A stretch of 64,000 nt of DNA, taken from contig OZ249436.1 in NCBI GenBank assembly GCA_965235115.1, positions 39,930,001 through 39,994,000 on the forward strand. Direction: 5' to 3'. The stretch's first letter is position 1; each line of letters opens with the position of its first letter. Shown here piece after piece: positions 53,133 through 64,000 of this stretch. The notes below the pieces were generated by a model. That model was given only the letters and a program-made list of their open reading frames with translations, was not told where the DNA came from and ran no database searches. The translations under genes and the position numbers were made by a program. The DNA comes from Laetmonice hystrix. Taxonomy: Eukaryota.

Positions 53133-54714
53133 CTAGCTTTCACCATTCCAGTCAGACTCGAACTCCATTATTCGCTGAAGAAGCATCACTATCCTTGGTG
53201 CCAATGCCGTTTTTCTTTTCTTCTTGCTGCTCTTCATGGCCGTACACTCACTGTCCGGGTTAATGCGAAGCAGTTCCCTGGAAATTTGAGGGTAACAATT
53301 TCATCTTAGGTAGAGTTCAATACAATCTACACACATGAAAATGCAGCAAAATTATATAAAAAAAAACTGGTTGCAAGAAATTTAAAATATCATTTGGAAT
53401 AAAAGCTTTATACAATTTTGTATATACTCAAAAAATTCCATCGGGTTTACTTTAAGAATCAGGAAAGGCCCATTTGGGGAATTGCTATCAATCCGATAAC
53501 TGAGTTGTGATGTCACAAGTGCTGAATGAATATTCATTCACACAGGTCAACTGTAGGGACCTGATAATTTTGTCACCTTGTTGCAAAGTCACTGTGCAAT
53601 CCACTATAATGATGGCCATAGAGCAGTTATTGTATGTGGATTGCACAACATTTGGTTTTATAATACTGTCACAAATGATCAGGACCATTCATTTTACCTG
53701 TATTTCCTTGAGCACTTGTGACATCACAACTCGGCTCAATGGCCTCAAATCACCTTTTCCCGAATCTTAAACCTGATGAATTTTTTTGAGTGAACAAAAT
53801 TGTCTATGCTTTTATTCCAAATGATGTTCTAAATTTCGTGCAACCAGTTGAGTATCCCTTAAAAACAAAGAAATTACTTGGAAATAGGGATTCCCAAACT
53901 TTACATGTACATGTAAATTAGGAAAGAAATCTGAAGATTGTCATTATGGGCATGCCTATAGTTGTATCTAATTCAAAGGGGCACATTTACATGTTAGAAC
54001 AGCAAACATTATTTCAAATTATCAAGCCTCGAATTTGAAGATTACCTTTGGATAAACTCCAGTGTCACCTCTGCGCCTGGTGGGTACTCTATAGATAGAG
54101 TGTAGTAAGACGTGAACAGGCTTATGACAGCCTCTCGGAAGGTGCGTATTTTGTCATTTACCACTTCCCCTTCAATGACTAAGTAGAACATATGTTGACC
54201 ATGGAATATGTCTTCTCGCCTCCCTGAAATAAAGGACATACAATTATTACGGCAGGTTAAAGCATTTAAGTGAATGTGTGGTTCTGCCAGAATTCTGAAT
54301 CTTCTGAAACACTAGAGGTCAGTCAACGAGGCTTCCCAATATGGCCGGAATATAGACCTGTGGTATCTATCTCTACTCTCAACCATCGAACCCATATCTC
54401 CATCCCGGGCTGACATCCGGAAAAGTAGAGGACATGACAGCAACTAAAACATTTTTCAACAATCTGTCACTAAAGCTTCTGCCACACAAATATTTGTCTC
54501 ACAACAGGCTATGCTGTTTAAAACTACATGTGTACAAGCAAAGGACAACAAGCTAACAGTAGCACAGCCTAAAGTCATTTGAAGGAAGTCATGAAACTCA
54601 CCTAGGATTGCAATAAAATCAGTGAACTGGTCACAAACCTTTTGACAGTGAGAACAGGTTAAATTCACTGTATGATCTACTAGTCCATTTGACAGTCCTA
54701 TGTGTTCAATACAC
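53133..54714 (-). CDS. Three spliced exons of the EnSpm-type element, ORF2-like C-terminus (remnant)
   Basis: Exon ending 54602 (..CSHCQKVCDQFTDFIAIL G|gtgagt), exon 54223-54046 (GRREDIFHG..FYLVIEGEVV..LFTSYYTLSIEYPPGAEVTLEFIQR|gt) and exon 53277-53133 (ELLRINPDSE...MEFESDWNGES*). The splice phases join in frame. Confidence 0.7.
53365..53850. mobile_element. Long-TIR MITE in an intron of the EnSpm-type gene
   Basis: AACTGGTTGCAAGAAATTTA..GAGTTGTGATGTCACAAGTGCT is inverted at AGCACTTGTGACATCACAACTC..AAATTTCGTGCAACCAGTT. Confidence 0.7.
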
Positions 54715-57392
54715 AACCTAGAAATGTTCTTTCCTATGAATTTTTTTTGTTGATTTATACTCTAATGGGGTCCTAGAACAAATTTAACTTGGTTGCCCAA
54801 AGGGCAACTTTGGGCAAATCTCGTAATCTGCATAAATCCAAGATGGCCGGCCAACGCCACCTTGAAAATTTAACTTTTGAACCACTTGCCTTAGAATGAT
54901 GTATAATGCATCATTTTAGGGGTTTTTGGGTATGTAGAATCCATTTCTGATGTTATTTTTTCAATTGAAGGTCAAGGTTAGGTCAAATTCAAGATGGCCA
55001 CCCAACGCCACCTTGAAAATTTAACTTTTGAACCACTTGCCTTAGAATGATGTATAATACGGTACGTCTTTTTAGGGGTTTTTGGGCATGTAGAATCCAT
55101 TTCTGATGTTATCTTTTCAATTGAAGGTCAAGGTCATTTCAAATTCAAGGTGGCCGCCCAACACCACCTTGAAAATTTAACTTTTGAACCACTTGCATTA
55201 GAATGATGTATAATACGTCTTTTTAGGGGTTTTTGGGTGTGTAGAATCAATCCAATTCTGCTGTTATTTTTTCAATTGAAGGTCAAGGTCAGGTTAGGGT
55301 CTTAGAATGGCAATAAACGGCTGGTAACAAACAGGAGGCTCCCTTGTAAACCCACAGGAAACAGGCCAGCCAGTACCATGACTTCTCACTGTACTGTTTG
55401 GCCTCCGTGCACTGTTTGGCCTCACTGTACTGTTTGCCCTCACTGTATTGTTTGGCCTCACTATACTGTTTGGTGGGGTATATAGGGCCCTAATCACTAC
55501 AGTCATGTGGGGTATATAGGTTCCTAATCACGGGGGAGTGGCGGTGGCCGAGTGGGCATGGGCGTCGATACCTTATGCTATGTGAATGGGTGCAGTAATC
55601 TTGGGGCCGGGGTTCGATTCCTGTAGAGGACTATACAACTTTTCTCTTTAGGGACATTGTCAAAGTAATGGGTTACCCCCCGATGCCCGTGCATTTCAAA
55701 AGAAAAATACAGTCAGGTGGGGTATATAGGGCCCTAATGACTACAGTCAGGTGGCGTATAGGTTCCTAATCATGTGTAGCTCTAACTAGGAAAATATGGA
55801 TTCCGTCTCATTTCAAAAAGATGTGTGTAGGGGGGAGGGTCCATTGTCCTGCTCGACCACCAAAGCTCCTTTTTTAGGGGAGTGGCGGTGGCCTAGTGGG
55901 CATGGATGTCGACACCGTATGCTATGCGAATGGGTGCAGTAATCTTAGGGCCTGGGTTCGATTCCTGTAGAGGACTATACAACTTTTCTCTTTAGGGACA
56001 TTGTCAAAGTAATTGGGTTACCCCTGATGCCCGTGCATTTCAAAAGAAAAATACAGTCAGGTGGGGTATATAGGGCCCTAACCACTACAGTCAGGTGGGA
56101 TAAGGTTCCTAATCTCGATACCTTATGCTATGCGAATGGGTGCAGTAATCTTGGGGCCGGGGTTCGATTCCTGTAGAGGACTATACAACTTTTCTCTTTA
56201 GGGACATTGTCAAAGTAATTGGGTTACGCCTGATGCCCGTGCATTTCAAAAGAAAAATACAGTCAGGTGGGGTATATAGCGTCGCAATCGACACCTTATG
56301 CTATGCGAATGAGTGCAGTAATCTTGGGGCCAGGGTTCGATTCCTGTAGAGGACTATACAACTTTTCTCTTTAGGGACATTGTCAAAGTAATTGGGTTAC
56401 CCCTGATGCCCGTGCATTTCAAAAGAAAAATACAGTCAGGTGGGGTATATAGGGCCCTAATGACTACAGTCAGGTGGCGTATAGGTTCCTAATCACTACA
56501 GTCAGGTGGGGTATATAGGGCCCTAACCACTACAGTCAGGTGGGATATATAGGTTCCTAATCTTGATACCTTATGCTATGCGAATGGGTGCAGTAATCTT
56601 GGGGCCGGGGTTCGATTCCTGTAGAGGACTAGTCTATACGACTTTTCTCTTTAGGGACATTGTCAAAGTAATTGGGTTACGCCTGATGCCCGTGCATTTC
56701 AAAAGAAAAAACAGGCAGTTGGCGTAGGGTCCTAATAAAAGACGTATTATACATCATTCTAAGGCAAGTGGTTCAAAAGTTAAATTTTCAAGGTGGCTTT
56801 GGGCGGCCATCTTGAATTTGACCTGACCTTGACCTTCAATTGAAAACATAACATCAGAAATGGATTCTACATACCCAAAAACCCGTAAAATGACGTATTA
56901 TACATCATTCTAAGGCAAGTGGTTCAAAAGTTAAATTTTCAAGGTAGCGTTGGGCGGCCATCTTAAATTTGACCTGACCTTGACCTTCAATTGAAAAAAA
57001 TAACATCAGAAATGGATTCTACATACCCAAAAACCCCTAAAATGACGTATTATACATCATTCTAATGCAAGTGGTTCAAAAGTTAAATTTTCAAGGTAGC
57101 GTTGGGCGGCCATCTTGAATTTGACCTGACCTTGACCTTCAATTGAAAAAATAACATGAGAAATGGATTCTACATACCCAAAAACCCCTAAAATGATGTA
57201 TTATACATCATTCTAAGGCAAGTGGTTCAAAAGTTAAATTTTCAAGGTGGCGTTGGACGGCCATCTTGGATTTATGCAGATTACAAGATTTGCCCAAAGT
57301 TGCCCTTTGGGCAACCAAGTTGAATTTGTTCTAGGACCCCATTAGAGTATAAATCAACAAAAAAATTTCATAGGAAAGAACATTTCTAGGTT
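54715..57392. mobile_element. Long-TIR fold-back element nested in the EnSpm-type element
   Basis: Arms ~54715-55292 and ~56735-57392 are inverted copies. Each has ~125 bp of unique terminus (AACCTAGAAATGTTCTTTCCTATG...) plus about 3 tandem ~151-bp units containing AAGATGGCCGCC. No clean TSD found. Confidence 0.85.
55475..56712 (+). repeat. Array of five tRNA-like units interleaved with 32-34 bp CTACAGTCAGGTGGGGTATATAGG(GCC/TTC)CTAAT repeats
   Basis: All units carry the B box GGTTCGATTCC and end in GATGCCCGTGCATTTCAAAAGAAAAA. An A box (TGGCCGAGTGG or TGGCCTAGTGG) is present in copies 1 and 2. Units start near 55531, 55773, 56115, 56289 and 56563. Confidence 0.85.
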
Positions 57393-57410
57393 CCGGAAAT
57401 TTCAAATGGA

Positions 57411-57671
57411 CTATACCTGCCTAACCTGACCATGCTGACTGGGACTGCCACCTGATGCATCCTCAGTGCTCTTAGACTTGTGTAAATGCCTAATATTGTG
57501 GTGATCTCGAGACAGATGAGTATTAAAGCTTTCGTAAATCCTAAATACCCTGTCACATCCAGGTATGCCACATGGAAATTCGACCTTATTGCTATACCTA
57601 TGAATAGCATAGTGGTGTGAATAATTTTTCGGTGAATTTGAACGGTAATGACAATGATGACACTTGTACAT
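57411..57671 (-). CDS. Tandem C2H2 zinc-finger exon of the EnSpm-type element (probable transposase N-terminus remnant)
   Basis: MYKCHHC...HYAIH and FPCGIPGCDRVFRIYESFNTHLSRDH. Confidence 0.7.
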   Translation of the reverse strand: MYKCHHCHYRSNSPKNYSHHYAIHRYSNKVEFPCGIPGCDRVFRIYESFNTHLSRDHHNIRHLHKSKSTEDASGGSPSQHGQVRQV

Positions 57672-60600
57672 GGTAGTAACACTAACAGTGACAGTCAGTA
57701 CAAGTATACCTACAACTCACCCAGCCTAAGGCCAATGCTGAAGACAAGGCGGGTTCTGAACCAGTTTCTGGGGTTCCAATTCGGGTAAACCTGCAAAAAA
57801 GAAAGGAAAGCTGTCACCAAGTGTAAAAGGTGTAAGATTATATGTCTTAAAACAAGCAAAACTAAAGTCCTAACCCTGAAAACAATGGCGGCCTACTCCC
57901 TTGGCCTGACATTGTTACACACATTGAGAGACTGACCTTATGGCTAATATTATAATTTTATTGTGACAGGCACATTACACTTTACAGAATAATAATTAAA
58001 ATTGCTGAATGATAATCACCATGCACTGATCACTAAGTTATTTAACTAAAGTTACACCCAATCCGTCGGTAAACTTTTAGAATCAATTGAAGAAAATGTC
58101 GCGTATGAACAGAATCAACAGACTGGACAGTGAAACTGCCATGAACAGCATGTTGTTACCCCAGGAGCAGTCCTGTGCAACGTTAAATCGTTAAAACGTT
58201 AAATCGCACAAGAGCACGAACAGTAGATCTAGTCAGTAGGCGACAGCCACAGCCCTTAGTACCGTTTCCTACTATTGAACCAGAGTTGCCACTCGCACTT
58301 TGTCTTTGAAAAAAAAGGGGAAAATGAAAATCTACATTTCTGCCAACAATGGCCTTTTCCTCGTCCCATAAACCTATTGAGGATTATAAGTCCTTCTAAT
58401 GTGTTGCCACCCTGAATCCTGGGGTTTACCTTTAATACCAATAACACCTGTACAGGTGATCACCCGAACACTTGAAATAGGGACTAACCTCGGCTCTGGG
58501 CATAACAGTTAGATCTATCCGGCAGAGGCAGACGGGGGGGGGGAATCGTTGATGCAACGTCTGTGTGGTAACCCTGCCATGCTCCGGTCATTAACGACCA
58601 CAGCGCCACTTCTCTAGTACATTCGGGAACCCTCGGGGATATGACCCCTCAAAACATAACTACAACAGGCTCAGGCTAAATAAATGTCGGCTAGGGTACC
58701 GATCCATTCCGCAATAGCGAGAATTGGGGTCCCTCGATCAAGTCAAGAGTCAAGTGCCCGCTTTGGGCTCACGTTGCCGTTGGGCTTAGCCCGGCAGTCC
58801 ATGGATGGGCCGGGCTGAGGGCTCTGCACGCGCGGGCGTGAGTAGCCTATGCGGTCTCACGCCGCCAGTGCGGACAGTCACAGCGAGGTTAAATAATCAT
58901 CGAATCCTGTAGGCCCCTACTTTTAAAATGCCCCTTTTGATTTCGTGAAAAAAAGCAGATTTTCCAACGATTTAATCAGATTAACTTGAAAAAACTCACC
59001 TTAGCTCAGAATCCAACATGGGCGCCGGGAGCTATCGGAAGTGCCTACTGCGCATGCACAAAACGATAACTTGCCATGGGTTGCTGTAAAAAAACAACTT
59101 TTATCGCAATCTGCCTGTAATGTATAGATTAAATTACGAAAACTAAGGCGTTTTGTGTAAATTTACAGAACTTCTCTGTAGAAGAACTGTGATTCCGCTT
59201 TTAAAACCAAATATACTGTAAAACTAAAGGAAATTCCCAGTTGTTATGATTTACAGAATAATTCTGTACAAAATATTCTGTAAAATCTACTGTTTTTTCT
59301 AACAGTGTAGGATCCCATTGGGCCCCCTGTAGTGCCCCTTATAGAGATATCAGGGCGCCTTCTAATGCTGTCATTAATCATGGATTTATCTTTATTCGTA
59401 CACGTGACAAGTCACTTTGTAAAGCTCTAACGAACGACCTTTACAGCTGTAGTCTGTAGAACCCTGAATGGCAATAGAACTTGCAGACGGGTTTATTATG
59501 TTTGGAAAAAAAGGTATGCGGAGTGGAACGGCAGGGCGAGCGTTGCCCTCGCCTCACGCTACCAACCTTGTTGCTGGCACCAAGCCTTGAGGTCGACGAC
59601 ACGTGGGCGTTGCCCGTTCCCGTTCCAATCCATTCTCACTGTTTTTTTTATGTTATACCGGATAGAAAAAGGGACAAATAAAAAAAGTCAGGCGCATCGT
59701 TGGCATTCCTATGCATACGGCAGTATATAAGCAGCTGGTTACGAGGAACAGAATGGGGAAGCCCTACAATGGTGTGACAGGACTGTGCCTGCATGGTAGG
59801 CTCTATCTGTCATCAAAAATTGTCAAGGCATGGGGACCTTGAACACCCATGCACCCCACCACCCTATACGAAGTGATCAGTACTGGAGACAGCCTTGCCC
59901 TTTTCTATTGGTACATTTGCCTTTGATCTTCCTGACGGCTCCCTCGGAAACGGCGAACCCCTACAAGAAGTTTCTTGTACAACGCTGCCCGGCGGTGTAA
60001 TCTAGCACGTCAGTAATGACTACCTGCCAGTCAAAAGTGTGGCGGAAACTGTCAAACGGAGGGCTGTCTGGTGTTCAATTACCACGTGCAGTAATGTGAT
60101 GAAATAACCTTTCAGGGCTACGGATACATTTGAATTCTGTTTGGATCTTTGGGAGCGACTCCCTCACGAAGCTGTCCCCTGAATTGCCAGAAATATTTTA
60201 ATTGTGCTTCAATCCTACTAAATTTGAACTGCATGCACATCATGGATCGCCGCAGCTACTGTGGAGCTTACGTATTTGCTAAAATTATGTGGTTCGAACA
60301 AAACTACAAGGAACCTTTTTTTTTTTATCGAATGGCATATCTTAAAAGCTATGTTCGCACAAAGTTTATACCGAGAAAGCTAAAGGCCCTAGTCCACTGG
60401 TCTGGCCGGCCGCCATGCAGTTTTGTTATACAGACACAGATAAGGTATCAGATGTAACTACCATGTATACTCAAATACTTATTATATAGAATCACCCCCA
60501 CGGTATGTTCGCGCTGATACTAACGCCAATGACGCCATCTGTGGCACAAAAACCTCAGAATGAGGCTCTCCCTCTGATCAGAACCAGCGCATTGTCATGG

Positions 60601-61729
60601 CCTGCTTTTTTTCTTTGCTCGATATATTGAATACTACATGTGATGAAAAAAGAGGAGGAAATAGCCTCATAGATAATGTTGAAGAATCAATCCTTCTCGG
60701 ATAAATCTTATTTAATGTGACCAGTTTGAACCATTTTTATGTATTCAAAACTCAGAGACTGTATATGTTATTTTAGGTTACTTTTATTACTGTGTAACCT
60801 CTCGATCATCCCCCAACCCGGGATACAACTATGACATTAAATAATATAAGATGGTAAATGATAAATATATATAACGTATAAATGATATATTAATACAATA
60901 TAATATATAACGTATAAATAAAACATATTAATAGTATATAATAATGTGACTGATGGTACATTATAGAGATATGGAGATACAGTATAGCTAGAATTACACG
61001 GGTATAAACTATAGTCTTGCCTTATATTAGGTGGAGACAACAAGAACCGCAATGTCCTAGACCACGAATTTCCTCCCACGCCCACCCTATGACCCTCGCT
61101 AACCCCGAATAACCCACCCTTAGTCAAACCCTGATCACATTACCCCAGTGAATGGCGGAGGTCTGATTGCCACAATCCAAACGTAGAGAACGCTCGTGTA
61201 ATTTTCGTAGTCGGCAGAGAGAGCCCGTGCTCTGCGTTTCCGTCCTCATGACCGTGAGATCCTGCCCGACAACCAACATGGAGAATGAAGGATCGACTGG
61301 GGCCTCGTACACTTGACTAACACGGTATTGTGTAAACATATTGGCCTCAGACCCCTCTTTTTGCCTACATACAGGCACCCAACGTGTCGTATTCATACTT
61401 AACCATAAACCATGGTTTATAAGCGTACACCCATCAGCAAGGACAATTGGACCACCTGCAAGTGCACACCTCCGGGCACTTACTTAATAATGAGAACATT
61501 AACTACCGATACCCAGTCATCTAGAATAGCAAAAAACAATTTAATGTTGTAACACGTGCGGCACACTTATAATATAACGCGTTCAATCATCATTAGGTCC
61601 CGTTATCTTTCCGAATACGAGCAACAAGGAGCAGTGTAATAAAATCGCGGCTGAGATAGATTACGGAATAAATTCATGCACCTAAGAATCGATTATGTAG
61701 CTACTTGTATTACTTGTATTTCCGTTGAA

Positions 61730-62450
61730 GCACATCTTGTGACGTCCTGGCAGTGGCACATCTTGTGACGTCCTGGCAGTAGCACATCTTGACAGTGTGT
61801 GACGTCCTGGCAGTAGCACATCTTGTGACGTCCTGGCAGTGGCACATCTTGTGACGTCCTGGCAGTGGCACATCTTGTGACGTCCTGGCAGTGGCACATC
61901 TTGTGACGTCCTGGCAGTGGCACATCTTGTGACGTCCTGGCAGTAGTACATCTTGTGACGTCCTGGCAGTAGCACATCTTGTGACGTCCTGGCAGTCTCA
62001 CATCTTGTGACGTCCTGGCAGTGGCACATCTTGTGACGTCCTGGCAGTAGTACATCTTGTGACGTCCTGGCAGTAGTACATCTTGTGACGTCCTGGCAGT
62101 GGTACATCTTGTGACGTCCTGGCAGTAGCACATCTTGTGACGTCCTGGCAGTAGCACATCTTGTGACGTCCTGGCAGTAGCACATCTTGTGACGTCCTGG
62201 CAGTAGCACATCTTGTGACGTCCTGGCAGTAGTACATCTTGTGACGTCCTAGCAGTGGCACACCTTGTGACGTCCTGGCAGTGGCACATCTTGTGACGTC
62301 CTGGCAGTGGTACATCTTGTGACGTCCTGGCAGTAGCACATCTTGTGACGTCCTGGCAGTGGTACATCTTGTGACGTCCTGGCAGTAGTACATCTTGTGA
62401 CGTCCTGGCAGTGGCACATCTTGTGACGTCCTGGCAGTGGTCCTGGCAGT
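61730..62450. repeat. 26-bp minisatellite (~27 copies)
   Basis: CACATCTTGTGACGTCCTGGCAGTRG. Confidence 0.95.
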
Positions 62451-62734
62451 GAGTGTGTGTAATCGAACACCAACAAAATGAGATCCCTTTTCGACAGGCT
62501 TTGAAAAGTTCATCCGCCGACTAGAAGTGTGACCCGCGGGGCTCTGAGAAAGCGCCGATAATGCAGTGCTTAGGTTACTACGACCACCCAGAAGTACAAA
62601 CACGCCACGCCGACCGCGAAATCCTCCACACGGCCTGCAAAAGCCACGACGCGGCGAGGAAAGCCTCGACTCGACGCACCCATGCCGTGCCGTGTCGAGG
62701 TTTTGGTTGTCGAGTCAAATTATTGGTCGCCGAG

Positions 62735-62925
62735 TTGAGGTTTTGATCGTAGAATCGAGGTTTTGATCGTCGAGTCGAGGGTAATGGTCGTGGAATCGAG
62801 GGTAATTGTCGTCGAGTCGAGGGTAATGATCGTCGAGTCGAGGGTAATTGTCGTCGAGTCGAGAGTTATGGTCGTGGAATCGAGGGTAATGATCGTTGAG
62901 AGTAATGGTTGTCGAGTCGAGGTTT
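62735..62925. repeat. 21-bp tandem repeat
   Basis: Variants of GTCGAGTCGAGGGTAATGATC. Confidence 0.9.
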
Positions 62926-64000
62926 TGCTCACCGTGTCGTGGTTTTTGCTTGTTTTTGTACTTCTGGGCCACAGTAGTACGCAGGTGGGCAGTTGGGCAG
63001 CAGGGGAGGTAAGCAGGTGGGCAGGTCGGCAGGTTGACAGCTGGTGGCCGCATCAGGACTAAATTACCGGTTGTAGGGTCCATTGTCCGGAAGCGTGGAA
63101 TGGTTTTTCCAGCTGAGTCATCAGGATTGATGTAGGCTAACCGCACGTTATCTTGGAAAATGTCAGACAAAATTTGGAATAATGTTGACAGGTGACGCAG
63201 TAGCGAGTTTCAGGGTCATACATGTACTCTGGTTTACCCAGGCCCCTTATTTTGAAATGGTTGACAGTTATAGTTAAACCACATTTGGAAACTGTCTCTC
63301 GCTTGATTTTCATGTAGACTAAGGTATATAATGTCACTATTATTACTAGACCTGGAATCGTATATATTTTGTTTTATTGCTACGGCCAACAGTAGTTACC
63401 AATAATGTCGCTTTAAACTTTAAAATCAGCAAATCAGCCCATGTTCCCGAAGCCATCGGTAGCGTAACGTGATCGTTAGGCTCTGGTTGGTCCCTCGTTA
63501 CGAACACTGGGCTGTTCCCGAAGCAGTCGTTAGCACTAATGTGTTCGTTAACTGAACGACAGGGGCAGAGTTCTTGTTAGGCCCTCGTTATTGGCTCGTG
63601 TACAACAGCAGATCAATCTCTCTCCATTCAACAAGCCATAACGTAAAAACTTTTAGGTGTTTGGAAAGGAAACTCAAGGTATAACGCAGCTGCGTTATTA
63701 ACGCAGATGCGCAAATAGCCTCATTTGAGGTTAATGTGTTGCATAACTAATAGCGCAACGCACTATGCGTTCAAAGCGCGTTGTCTGGCTCTAAAATCGT
63801 TTAATTAATGCGCACCTATAAGGGTTTGCGCTAACTTCCCATTATGAAATATAAAGCTGGCAATTCTACGAAAATACGTAACGTGGATACTTAAATTGAA
63901 AAGTAGGGGAGACCGGGGACAATTACGCAAATGCTTATGAAACACTTCAATGCAACGATCGCTATCTTCATCGTTCGCTAATAACGCACTTGTGCGTTAT

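Larger units (their letters stand above)
51588..59307 (-). mobile_element. EnSpm/CMC-type DNA transposon derivative (CACTG termini, TA TSD)
   Basis: CACTGTTAGAAAA / TTTTCTAACAGTG termini, each flanked by TA. Subterminal (T)ACAG-rich repeats. Internal minus-strand exons encode C2H2 fingers and an ORF2-like C-terminus. Confidence 0.85.

Noticed and set aside
55475..56712. CRISPR array or true tRNA gene cluster
   Set aside because: The inserts are copies of one another rather than unique spacers, there are no cas genes, and the context is eukaryotic. The A/B-box units lack a pairing acceptor stem and canonical cloverleaf.
61682..62603. Long Cys/His-rich ORFs
   Set aside because: They are translations of the stop-free 26-bp minisatellite.

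Overview
Eukaryotic genomic DNA, most likely from a non-vertebrate animal (V-SINE, CR1/I-type LINEs, Kolobok, Harbinger and CAC-ended EnSpm-type elements; species not identifiable). The only clear host gene is the first coding exon (TM1-TM4) of a GnRH/AKH/ACP-receptor-family GPCR at 27325-27996 (+). No following exon was recognised in the remaining 36 kb. The rest is a dense, deeply nested set of transposon remnants: three degenerate LINEs, many MITEs, a Harbinger derivative carrying a 4-exon Myb/SANT gene, and a 7.7 kb CACTG/TA EnSpm-type element. That element contains a long-TIR fold-back, which in turn holds an array of tRNA-like (A-box/B-box) units. Four of the five units join the same position of a 32-34 bp repeat at their 3' end but differ at their 5' ends. 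This array is the most unusual structure. All family assignments come from motif recognition by eye; no database search was run.
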